Assembly (NCBI GenBank): GCA_016208765.1
Contig: JACQXK010000001.1
Coordinates: 64,218-128,217 of the forward strand
Reading direction: 5' to 3'
Origin: Candidatus Omnitrophota bacterium
GTDB taxonomy: Bacteria; Omnitrophota; Gorgyraeia; Gygaellales; Profunditerraquicolaceae
Length of the DNA: 64,000 nt
In this document: positions 35,977-44,625 of the stretch, in pieces
How positions within the stretch are numbered: position 1 is the stretch's first letter
Layout: every line of letters starts with the position of its first letter
Notes under the pieces: model-generated
Database searches by the model: none
What the model was told of the DNA's origin: nothing
Seen by the model: the letters and a program-made list of their open reading frames with translations, nothing else
Translations under genes and position numbers: made by a program

Positions 35977-37017
35977 ATGGAGAAAAGATCAATAGTTAAA
36001 ACTAAAATAATCTGCACTTTAGGTCCTGCATCATCAAGCGAAAAAGTATTAAGAAACATGATCCGGGCAGGTATGGATGTTGCCCGCCTGAATTTTTCCC
36101 ACGGTAAACCGCAAGAATTATTTAAAAAAATAAAACTTATCAGGTCGCTGAATTTAAAATACCATCGGAGCATTAAGCTTCTTGGGGATCTGCAGGGACA
36201 TCGTATAAGAGTAGGTGACCTTACGGCTCCTGTTTTACTCAAGAAAAATCAGATATTCTGGCTTACCCAGAAAAAGATAAAAGATGTGTATGAAAATATC
36301 CCTTTTGATTATCAAGGAGCGTTAAGCAGCATTAAGAACGGCCATCAAATATTTATAGATGATGGAAACATCGCATTAGAAGTAATTGGCAGGGTTAAAT
36401 ACAGGCTTAAAGTTAAAGTTGTCGTTGGCGGTTTATTAAAGGAGCATAAGGGTATAAATATCCCGGAGGCAAGGCTTGAATTTGGCGACATAAATCAGAA
36501 GGATATACAGGATATATCTTTCTGTGAAAAACACAATGTTGAATACCTTGCTCAGTCATTTGTACGCACCAAGAACGACATTTTGGATGTAAGAAAACTG
36601 CTTAAGCCAAGTTCGCGGTGCAGGGTTATCGCTAAAATAGAAAATAGAGAAGGCATAAAGAATATTGATGAAATCATTAATGTGTCAGACGGTATTATGA
36701 TAGCGCGCGGGGATATGGGGGTATCACTGCCAATTTATGAAATTCCCGTTATTCAGAAAATGATAATAAGAAAATGTAACCGCGCAGGAAAATTTGTTAT
36801 TACCGCCACACAGATGCTTGAAAGCATGACTGAAAATCTCCGGCCTACGCGCGCGGAGGTGACAGATGTGGCAAATGCCATAATTGACGGAACTGATTTT
36901 GTTATGCTCTCGGCAGAATCTGCTGTGGGAAAATACCCGGTTGAAACGGTTGCCATGATGAATAATATAATCAAATTTACAGAGAGCAGTTTCAGGAAAA
37001 GCGGCAGCTATTTTTAA
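35977..37017 (+). CDS. pyk: Pyruvate kinase, barrel (A+B) domains only, lacking the usual C-terminal regulatory domain
   Basis: Translation from the internal ATG gives [35 protein letters not shown]...MIARGDMGV...[10 protein letters not shown]. The protein ends after about 347 aa, whereas typical PK is about 470 aa. Confidence 0.75.
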   Translation: MEKRSIVKTKIICTLGPASSSEKVLRNMIRAGMDVARLNFSHGKPQELFKKIKLIRSLNLKYHRSIKLLGDLQGHRIRVGDLTAPVLLKKNQIFWLTQKKIKDVYENIPFDYQGALSSIKNGHQIFIDDGNIALEVIGRVKYRLKVKVVVGGLLKEHKGINIPEARLEFGDINQKDIQDISFCEKHNVEYLAQSFVRTKNDILDVRKLLKPSSRCRVIAKIENREGIKNIDEIINVSDGIMIARGDMGVSLPIYEIPVIQKMIIRKCNRAGKFVITATQMLESMTENLRPTRAEVTDVANAIIDGTDFVMLSAESAVGKYPVETVAMMNNIIKFTESSFRKSGSYF

Positions 37018-37037
37018 GATAATAAACAGAATAATTC

Positions 37038-37532
37038 ATGGAGGTGCTTATGCAGGTCATGGTAATGTATTATTCGCGGTCGGGAAATACTGAGAAATTA
37101 GCACATGAAATAGCAAAGGGTGTAAGTGAGATAAAAGATGTTACTTGTCTTGTGAAATCTGCACAGGATGTCTCAAAAGATGATTTTCTAAATTCAGACG
37201 GTATTATTGCCGGTTCTCCGGTTTATTTTGGCACTATGAGTTCAGGGCTTAAGGAAGTTTTTGATAAGTTTGTTGGTTTGCGCCAGAAGATGGGTGATAA
37301 GATAGGCGCTGCATTTGCGACTTCAGGAGATATTTCAGGCGGCAAAGAGACTACTCTTATTTCTATAATTCAGGCAATGCTTATTTATGGTATGATCATT
37401 GTTGGAGACCCTCTTGAAGCTACCGGGCATTATGGCACGTCTTGTGCCGGTTCTCCCGATGTTCAAGTATCTAAAAATGCAATTAAACTGGGCAGGCGGG
37501 TAGCGAGCCTTGTTAAAAAGCTTAAGAGTTAG
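37038..37532 (+). CDS. Flavodoxin-like fold protein (NADPH-dependent FMN reductase/WrbA-like)
   Basis: MVMYYSRSGNTEKLA...IIAGSPVYFGTMS is a flavodoxin-type FMN-binding loop pattern. Confidence 0.6.
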   Translation: MEVLMQVMVMYYSRSGNTEKLAHEIAKGVSEIKDVTCLVKSAQDVSKDDFLNSDGIIAGSPVYFGTMSSGLKEVFDKFVGLRQKMGDKIGAAFATSGDISGGKETTLISIIQAMLIYGMIIVGDPLEATGHYGTSCAGSPDVQVSKNAIKLGRRVASLVKKLKS

Positions 37533-37563
37533 CGCTAAATTTTGTAAAACGAAAGGAACTGTT

Positions 37564-38112
37564 ATGTCTGGAGTATTTTTAAAAAATAAAAAAGCAGCAA
37601 TAGTTGTTGCTTTCCGGGATTTTCGCGATGCGGAATATTTTACTCCGAGAGAAATCATGGAGAAAGCAGGGGTTAGTGTTAAAACTGCTTCTAACAAAAT
37701 TGGCAGGGCTATTGGTGCTGACGGAGGTGAAGTTGAGATTGAGCTTTTATTGGAGAATTTAAACCCTGCTGATTTTGATGTTGTTGTATTTATCGGCGGT
37801 CCAGGGTGCCTGGAAAACCTTGATAATGAAAAATCATATAAGATTGTCAGGGGCGTAATTTCTGAAAACAAGATTTTAGCTTCAATTTGCATTAGTCCTG
37901 TTATTTTAGCTAAAGCGGGAGTTTTAAAAGGAAAGAAGGCTGTTGTTTGGAGCTCTGTATTAGACAAGAGCCCGGTTAAAATATTAAAAGAAAACGGGGC
38001 GCTCTATGAATCAAGGCCGGTGGTTCGTGACGGTAAAATTATAACTGCTGCTGGCCCGGTTGCTGCCAAAGAATTTGGGCAGGAAATTTTAGAAATACTG
38101 GCAGAAGAATAA
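37564..38112 (+). CDS. DJ-1/PfpI-family protein
   Basis: VVFIGGPG...ICISPVILAKAG shows the nucleophile-elbow Cys of the DJ-1/PfpI fold. The start is the internal ATG (MSGVFLK). Confidence 0.65.
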   Translation: MSGVFLKNKKAAIVVAFRDFRDAEYFTPREIMEKAGVSVKTASNKIGRAIGADGGEVEIELLLENLNPADFDVVVFIGGPGCLENLDNEKSYKIVRGVISENKILASICISPVILAKAGVLKGKKAVVWSSVLDKSPVKILKENGALYESRPVVRDGKIITAAGPVAAKEFGQEILEILAEE

Positions 38113-38190
38113 TGCTATGAATTAATTTTATATAAATATAAAGGTGTTATTCTAAAAATACAAGTAGAATTCTGTTTAGATAGAAAAATT

Positions 38191-39507
38191 ATGAACAGGA
38201 AGTTTAAATTTAAATTTACCGTCGGAGCACTGATAATATTCCTGATTAGTGTTATTTTGCCATCTCTTGGCTGGGCGCAGCAAGATCATACGGGGCATAT
38301 GATGTACGAAGAAGCTGCGGTTCCTATGCAGCAGATGCATATGAAAGGGCCAATTAGTTTCTATGGACAGTATCTGCATACGCGTGAGTCAAGCGGCACA
38401 AGTTGGCAGCCGGATTCTTCGCCTATGGAAGGTACGTATTTTAGCCGCGGCGGATGGGATATCATGCTTCATGGTTATGTATTCGGCATATACGATAATC
38501 AGGGAGGAAAGAGAGGCAAAGATAAAACTTTCAGCTCAAGTATGTTCATGTTGATGGCTGATCACAAGACCTCTGTTGGGACTTTTGGATTTAGAAACAT
38601 GCTTTCTCTTGATCCGTTAATGGGTAAAAAGGGTTATCCGCTGTTATTTCAAACAGGAGAGACATACGATGGCATCCATCCTTTAATAGACAGGCAGCAT
38701 CCGCATGATTTTTTTATGGAAGAGGCTTTGACATATAGTTTACCGCTTTCTGAAAAAAGTTCTTTGTTTGGATATTTTGGGCTGCCCGGAGAGCCGGCTT
38801 TGGGCCCTCCTGCTTTTATGCACCGTTTTTCTGCGATGGATAATCCTGAGGCTCCGCTTGGACACCATTGGCCGGATTCAACGCATATCACTTTTGGGGT
38901 TATTACTTTGGGTTATGTCCTTGATAAATTTAAAGTTGAAAGTTCTGTTTTTCGTGGCAGAGAGCCTAATCAAAACCGTTGGGATATAGAATCTCCTAAG
39001 TTTGATTCTTATTCCGGCAGGATTACGTTTAACCCTGATAAAAACCTTTCTTTCCAGGCAAGTTATGGCTATCTTGATAGCCCTGAGCAACTTGAGCCAA
39101 ATGTAAACGTCGGAAGAACCACAATTTCTGCGATGTATAACCGTGATATAAAAAACGGTAATTGGCAGACGACATTTGCCTGGGGTTACAATAATAAATT
39201 GCCCGGCCTTGCTACAAATGCATTCCTTCTTGAGTCGGCAATTAATTTTATGAAATCGCATACTGTATTTTCACGTTTTGAATACGTTCAGAAGGATGAA
39301 CTTTTTGTAGAGGATGATCCGATGGCTGGGAAAAGTTATGATGTCAAGAAATTTACATTAGGATATATTTATGATTTTCTGCACTTAAAAGGAATTGATG
39401 CCGGTATCGGTAGTTCTTTTGATCTGCATTTTATATCGGATGCTTTAGAAGAAGTATATTCACATACCCCTAAATCTTTTATGGTATTTGTACGGGTAAA
39501 ATTATAA
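38191..39507 (+). CDS. Secreted protein of unknown function (possible outer-membrane beta-barrel)
   Basis: It has a signal peptide and alternating-hydrophobicity beta-rich C-terminal region. No named domain was found. Confidence 0.3.
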   Translation: MNRKFKFKFTVGALIIFLISVILPSLGWAQQDHTGHMMYEEAAVPMQQMHMKGPISFYGQYLHTRESSGTSWQPDSSPMEGTYFSRGGWDIMLHGYVFGIYDNQGGKRGKDKTFSSSMFMLMADHKTSVGTFGFRNMLSLDPLMGKKGYPLLFQTGETYDGIHPLIDRQHPHDFFMEEALTYSLPLSEKSSLFGYFGLPGEPALGPPAFMHRFSAMDNPEAPLGHHWPDSTHITFGVITLGYVLDKFKVESSVFRGREPNQNRWDIESPKFDSYSGRITFNPDKNLSFQASYGYLDSPEQLEPNVNVGRTTISAMYNRDIKNGNWQTTFAWGYNNKLPGLATNAFLLESAINFMKSHTVFSRFEYVQKDELFVEDDPMAGKSYDVKKFTLGYIYDFLHLKGIDAGIGSSFDLHFISDALEEVYSHTPKSFMVFVRVKL

Positions 39508-39520
39508 AACTAAAGGCGGT

Positions 39521-40174
39521 TTGATTAGGATGAGATGTGTAGACTTGATAATTTTTGATTTAGATGGCACGCTTGTTGATTCAAGGTCCCAGATAGCCAA
39601 CGCTGTCAATTTTACCTTAAGGGCCTTAAACATTGAGGAGCGGCCATTTGAAGAGATAACTTCTTTTATAGGCATGGGTGCGAGAGATTTGCTAAGAAGA
39701 TCCCTTAGAAAAGAGAATGCACAATTATTGAATGAAGCAGTTATTACGTTTCAGAATTATTACAAAATTCACTCTCCGGGCCATGCGTCGCTTTACCCGC
39801 ATGTAATAGAGACTCTGGAATATTTTAAAGATAAAATAAAGATTATCATCACAAATAGCCCAAAGGCAACGGCTGAGCAGATTTTGTTTAATTCCGGCAT
39901 TGATAAATATTTTAAGGATATTATCGGAGGGGATGATGAATCCTGCCAGAAACCATCTGCTTGTTCTCTTAACAAGTCCTCGTATTATTTAAAAAACAGC
40001 AAGGACAAAATTATTATCGTAGGAGACATGGATATAGATGTTATAACGGGGAAAAGTGCTGGAATATTAACTTGCGCGGTAACTTATGGTATAGGTAAAA
40101 AGAAAGATTTGGTAAAAGCCGGCCCTGATTATATGATAGATGATATTATCCAGCTTAAGGAAATCATAAAATGA
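39521..40174 (+). CDS. HAD-superfamily hydrolase (phosphoglycolate-phosphatase-like)
   Basis: It has motif I IIFDLDGTLVDS and motif IV GDMDIDV. Confidence 0.7.
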   Translation: MIRMRCVDLIIFDLDGTLVDSRSQIANAVNFTLRALNIEERPFEEITSFIGMGARDLLRRSLRKENAQLLNEAVITFQNYYKIHSPGHASLYPHVIETLEYFKDKIKIIITNSPKATAEQILFNSGIDKYFKDIIGGDDESCQKPSACSLNKSSYYLKNSKDKIIIVGDMDIDVITGKSAGILTCAVTYGIGKKKDLVKAGPDYMIDDIIQLKEIIK

Positions 40175-40608
40175 ATGAATATTTAAAAATAGCTGTTGAA
40201 GAAGCAAGGATTGGGTTAAAAGAGGGAGGCGTCCCCATAGGCTCAGTTATTGTCTATGAGGGTAAAATAATTGGGCACGGGCATAACAGGCGCGTTCAAA
40301 ATGGCAGTGCAATCTTGCACGCTGAAATGGCTGCTTTAGAAAATGCCGGACGCCTGACGGCATCTGTATATAAACATTGTACGCTCTATACAACTCTTTC
40401 TCCTTGCGCAATGTGTTCAGGAGCTATAATCCTTTATAAAATTCCGCGTGTTGTTATCGGGGAAAATAAAACATTTATGGGCGAGGAAGATCTTTTGCGT
40501 GAAAAAGGTATAAATGTTGAGGTTTTACAAGATGAAACCTGCATTTTACTTATGAGGAATTTTATTAAGGATAACCCTGGGCTTTGGAATGAAGATATCG
40601 GTATATAG
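40171..40608 (+). CDS. Cytosine deaminase, yeast FCY1-type (CDA-fold zinc deaminase)
   Basis: GGVPIGSVIV...GHNRRVQNGSAILHAEMAALENAGRL...TLYTTLSPCAMCSGAIILYKIPRVVIGEN...NPGLWNEDIGI is colinear with Fcy1 (HxE...PCxxC) including the C-terminal ...W.EDIG tail. Confidence 0.7.
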   Translation: MNEYLKIAVEEARIGLKEGGVPIGSVIVYEGKIIGHGHNRRVQNGSAILHAEMAALENAGRLTASVYKHCTLYTTLSPCAMCSGAIILYKIPRVVIGENKTFMGEEDLLREKGINVEVLQDETCILLMRNFIKDNPGLWNEDIGI

Positions 40609-40716
40609 GCTTAAGGACAGTAGAAACATTTGTTTGGGATTTTTTTGTAGTGGATTAAGGTTCGGAAAATCGGTCGATTTTCGCAATCGGTTGGATAATT
40701 AACAAGGAGGTGTAAA

Positions 40717-41112
40717 ATGGCAGATTTTAAAGATTTGCTTCAAAGCGCGGATTGGAAAACAGAGAAACATGTTCCAGTGGTGGAGTCTCCGGTTGCCGTA
40801 AAAAAGGGAGAGTTTTTCAGGATTACGGTGAAAGTTGGCAAGGAAATTCAGCATCCAAATAAGACTGAACATCATATTCGCTGGATAGCGGTTTATTTCC
40901 AGCCTGAAGGGGAGAAATTCCCATATCAAATCGGCAAGGCAGAATTCAGCGCTCACGGGGAGTCTGTTAATGGGTCGGATACAAGTACAGTATATACGCA
41001 TCCTGAAGTGGTTTTGAATTTTAAAACGGACAAATCCGGCACGATTTTTGCATCCAGCTATTGCAATATACACGGATTATGGCAGAGCGTTAAAGAGCTT
41101 AAGGTTGGGTAA
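40717..41112 (+). CDS. sor: Superoxide reductase (1Fe-SOR, neelaredoxin/desulfoferrodoxin centre-II type)
   Basis: It has the EKHVPVV motif and CNIHGLW, with H...H...C.H ligands. Confidence 0.8.
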   Translation: MADFKDLLQSADWKTEKHVPVVESPVAVKKGEFFRITVKVGKEIQHPNKTEHHIRWIAVYFQPEGEKFPYQIGKAEFSAHGESVNGSDTSTVYTHPEVVLNFKTDKSGTIFASSYCNIHGLWQSVKELKVG

Positions 41113-41241
41113 TTGTTACCATGCTAAAAACTTAGCCAAACAATCTATTTTATTGAATTACTATAAATTTGTGCTATTTTATTTAAATCTGGCCATGTCT
41201 TAAATCAAGCCAGAATAAATCCAAATAATGGAAAAGAGGAG

Positions 41242-41652
41242 GTGAGACGAATGAAAAAAGCGTTGTTAATTGCAGTAGTTTTTTGTTTTATTGCAGCTTT
41301 AGCTTTTGCTCAAGGTGATACAACGTCAGCTCCTGTAACTGCATCTGTGCCTGTTGCTGGCCAAACCCTGATACTTAAGGGAGATATTATTGATAATATG
41401 TGCGCGGATGCACATAAAGATTCTTTGGCAGATTTTGTAAAGACCCATACAAAGCAATGTGCTATAGCTCCCGGATGTATTGAGAGCGGGTATTCTATTT
41501 TTGCCGATGGCAAGCTTTATAAGTTTGACAAGGATTCAAGCGCAAAAGTAGCAGAATTCCTGAAGAAAGAAGACAGCAATTTACAGGTAATGATAAACGC
41601 TAAAGACGTGAATGGAGAGCTCAGCTTAATTTCCATAGAAAACCAGAAATAA
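41242..41652 (+). CDS. Secreted hypothetical protein
   Basis: It has a signal peptide (MKKALLIAVVFCFIAALAFAQ) and no known domain. Confidence 0.45.
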   Translation: MRRMKKALLIAVVFCFIAALAFAQGDTTSAPVTASVPVAGQTLILKGDIIDNMCADAHKDSLADFVKTHTKQCAIAPGCIESGYSIFADGKLYKFDKDSSAKVAEFLKKEDSNLQVMINAKDVNGELSLISIENQK

Positions 41653-41757
41653 TTGTAATAATTAGCTGATATACAAAAGGCCGTTTTTCTATTTTAGAGA
41701 AATGGCCTTTTTGTTGTACTTCCAGCAATCGTAACCAGTTAGTAAACGGGGATAATA

Positions 41758-41845
41758 TTGTCATGCCCGCGAAAGCGGGCATCCAGGCGTTCCTGTAGCT
41801 GGATTCCCGCTTACGCGGGAATGACTTACCCCCCCCAGTAACTGA
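41758..41845. repeat. Full copy 1 of a ~85-nt double-hairpin MITE-like repeat (ttgtcatgcccgcgaaagcgggcat...ggattcccgcttacgcgggaatgac...cccccccagtaactga)
   Basis: It is near-identical to 47541-47628 and is flanked on both sides by related sequence (agtaaacgggg ... agtaactga). It consists of two GC-rich stem-loops that are imperfect inverted copies of each other. Confidence 0.75.
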
Positions 41846-41983
41846 TACAAATCAAAGATTATGATTGTAAAAACCAGAGAATATGGTAAACTTAATAAGT
41901 CGTGTTAAGTTTAGCGAATCTTAAGCCGTAAAGGGGCAGGTCTTCTAACCTTTACGGTTTCTTTATGTGGAAAAGGATTAAGC

Positions 41984-42700
41984 ATGAAACAAAGCATTCA
42001 ATCACTGGTTATTTGGTTTGTGGGTATTTTTCTAACAGTATTGTTATTTTTTGTCATGGCATTCATTTCGCTGGTACTTTTTCCTTTTGACAGAAAACGC
42101 AAGCTTGCGCATGCGCAATGTTTCTGGTGGACAGACGCAGTTACTGCTTTAAACCCTTATTGGGATGTTAAAATTGAAGGGCTTGATAATATTGATAATA
42201 AAAAGACATACGTAGCTGTTTCTAATCATCAGAGTTTGGCGGATATTGTGTTAATGTATAAGACCAGGATGCAGTTTAAGTGGGTTGCTAAAGAGAGCCT
42301 TTTTAAGATCCCTGTTTTAGGCTGGAATATGCAGCTTGCTAAGCATATTATGTTAAAGAGGGGCGAATTTTCAAGCATAAAAAAAGTTTATCAGGAGGCG
42401 AGCGATTGGCTTCGCGGGGGTGTTTCAGTGGTGTTTTTCCCTGAGGGGACAAGAAACGATAATTTAGGGATAGGTGAATTCCACAACGGGGCATTTAAAT
42501 TAGCCATAAAGGAAAAGGTTTCAATTTTACCTATACTCATACAGGGAACGCGAGATGCTATCCCAAAAGGAAGCTGGCGTTTTACAACAAAAGTTTCTTG
42601 TTTGATTAAAGTTTTACCTCCGGTAGATACTTCTACGTATCTTTCTTCTGATTGTAATCTTTTGCGCGATTTTGTACGTAGTCAGTTATGTGAAAATTAA
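41984..42700 (+). CDS. plsC: 1-acyl-sn-glycerol-3-phosphate acyltransferase
   Basis: It has an N-terminal TM, the NHQS (HX4D-region) motif VSNHQSLADIV, and the FPEGTR motif. Confidence 0.8.
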   Translation: MKQSIQSLVIWFVGIFLTVLLFFVMAFISLVLFPFDRKRKLAHAQCFWWTDAVTALNPYWDVKIEGLDNIDNKKTYVAVSNHQSLADIVLMYKTRMQFKWVAKESLFKIPVLGWNMQLAKHIMLKRGEFSSIKKVYQEASDWLRGGVSVVFFPEGTRNDNLGIGEFHNGAFKLAIKEKVSILPILIQGTRDAIPKGSWRFTTKVSCLIKVLPPVDTSTYLSSDCNLLRDFVRSQLCEN

Positions 42701-42835
42701 TAATTAGTTTATTTTTACAGAGAATAAACTTGATAATATTCTGCATTGCGTTATAATTAATGCAATTGTAAGAAACTTCATATATTCCTACCTAGTTCTA
42801 ATGTCCGGTAAAATCTTGAATTAAATAGATTTACT

Positions 42836-43243
42836 ATGATTAGCCCAGTGAAGGAAAATTTTTTACGGGAACAGATACTGAGGCTGGGAGTGCGAGAAGA
42901 AGATATAACAGAGAAGTTTGTTCGCTCCCGCGGCCCGGGTGGGCAGAATGTTAATAAGGTCTCAACCTGTGTGCACTTAAAGCATCTTCCGACCGGAATA
43001 GAGGTTAAATGCCAGGAGGGCCGTTCTCAGGCGCAGAACAGGCTTTTGGCCCGGCAGATTTTATTAAATAAAATTGAAGCCGTATTTTCCAAGAATGTTT
43101 CTGAAGAAAAAAGCCGCCTTGAAAAAATCCGCAGGCAGAGCCGCAAAAGGAGCCTTCGGGCAAAAATAAAGATTTTGGAATCAAAGCGCAGGCATTCTAT
43201 GAAAAAGTCTTTTCGCGCCCGGGTAAGTGAATTTTCCGAGTGA
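42836..43243 (+). CDS. arfB: Alternative ribosome-rescue factor ArfB (GGQ-domain peptidyl-tRNA hydrolase, YaeJ-like)
   Basis: 135 aa with SRGPGGQNVNKVSTCVHLKH (GGQ motif) and a long basic C-terminal tail. Confidence 0.75.
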   Translation: MISPVKENFLREQILRLGVREEDITEKFVRSRGPGGQNVNKVSTCVHLKHLPTGIEVKCQEGRSQAQNRLLARQILLNKIEAVFSKNVSEEKSRLEKIRRQSRKRSLRAKIKILESKRRHSMKKSFRARVSEFSE

Positions 43244-43294
43244 TGCCGGTATAGTAATTTTAAAAATGAAATCGTAAAAGAGAAAGGGTTTAGG

Positions 43295-44341
43295 ATGAAC
43301 ATTTTTGTCGGTAATTTGTTGTTTGATGCTGTTGAAGCTGATGTAAAGAAACTTTTTGAAGGTTTTGGAAAAGTTGATTCAGTGGTGATCGTGATGCAAA
43401 AGGATGGCAAGAAATCAAGGGGTTTTGCTTTTGTGGAGATGCTTGATGAGCAGGAAGCTCGGGCTGCAATAGCTGCATTAAACGGAAATGAATTTATGGG
43501 AAGGGTGCTTAATGTTGAGGCAGGCAGGCCTAAATCAGAATCAGATGGCCAAGATAGAAAGAAGAGAAAAAAGCCGGTTAATGCTGATGTTGAATTTCAG
43601 CAGCAAGGTACGGAGCCCGAAGGTAAAGAAGAAATAAATTATAATAAGGCTCAATTTAATCAGGCCCGCCCGAATAAAAGCGGTTATAGCAGGTATAAAG
43701 AAGGAAGGCGTTCGCGTGGATATATGATGCGCAGGAGTGCGGCTGGGGCAACTGAGCTGGCTGCGCCTGAGCGTAAAAGGAAAGATAATCCTATGCGTTG
43801 GCGTAAGAATTCAACATATTCATCTTCAAGGCCTTGGAAAAAGACCTCTGGTGAGGCTGGGTCTTTTCAGAAGGATCAGGGTGAGCGCAAGCCATTGGGT
43901 AAACCTGTTGGTGAACATGGGCCTTATCAGAAAAACCAAGGTGAACGCCGGCCTTGGAGCAAGCCTGCCGGAGAACCCAGGCCATTTGGAAGGCCTTCTA
44001 CTGGTGAGCATAGGCCTTTTCGCAAAGATCAGGGTGAACGCAGGCCTTGGAGTAAACCTGCCGGAGAATCCAAATCGTTTGGAAAGCCGACTGCTGGAGA
44101 GTTTAAGCCCTGGAGAAGAAGTGAAGCTGGGGATAGGCCTTGGAAAAGAGCTGAAGGAGAAGCAAAGCCCTGGAGAAAGACCGAAGGAGAAGCAAGGCCT
44201 TGGAGAAAGACCGAAGGAGAAGCAAAGCCTTGGAGAAAAGCTTCAGGAGATTCTGCAGCAAGGCAAAAGCCTAAAGGTGGCTCTGGATTTAGGGGCCCCA
44301 GGAGGTCTTCTGGAATCAAAAGAAGTTGGAATAAGAGTTGA
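43295..44341 (+). CDS. RRM-domain RNA-binding protein with long C-terminal low-complexity repeat array (PW/KP-rich 11-13-aa repeats)
   Basis: The N-terminus has RNP2 IFVGNL and RNP1 RGFAFVEM. The C-terminal ~230 aa consist of GERRPWSKPAGE / EGEAKPWRKT-type repeats, encoded by near-perfect 33-bp nucleotide tandem repeats at ~44150-44243. Confidence 0.75.
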   Translation: MNIFVGNLLFDAVEADVKKLFEGFGKVDSVVIVMQKDGKKSRGFAFVEMLDEQEARAAIAALNGNEFMGRVLNVEAGRPKSESDGQDRKKRKKPVNADVEFQQQGTEPEGKEEINYNKAQFNQARPNKSGYSRYKEGRRSRGYMMRRSAAGATELAAPERKRKDNPMRWRKNSTYSSSRPWKKTSGEAGSFQKDQGERKPLGKPVGEHGPYQKNQGERRPWSKPAGEPRPFGRPSTGEHRPFRKDQGERRPWSKPAGESKSFGKPTAGEFKPWRRSEAGDRPWKRAEGEAKPWRKTEGEARPWRKTEGEAKPWRKASGDSAARQKPKGGSGFRGPRRSSGIKRSWNKS

Positions 44342-44625
44342 CAAGGCACGGTAATGTGCTAATATATAGGTAATGAAAGATTAGAAGATAATAGGCCGCA
44401 AAGGGCATATACGCTAACCTTTGCGGCTTTTCTTTTGGGTTAGTTTAATTAAGATGCGTAAATTAAAGGAGTAGCTATTAAAAAGGTGAGAGTTTCGGCT
44501 AAGGGCAGAAAATGTAAATATCCGCTTTGTAAGCACATCTTAAGTATTTACAATCATGAAACCTATTGTCATGTTCATCTCGGTATGGCTGTTCAGAAGC
44601 AAAAAGTTAAGGGAGCTTAAGAAAT

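Noticed and set aside
43737-44354. Alternate-frame ORF (205 aa) overlapping the RRM-protein repeat tail
   Set aside because: It is a by-product of the 33-bp nucleotide repeats. The RRM frame is continuous from a proper start with RNP motifs.
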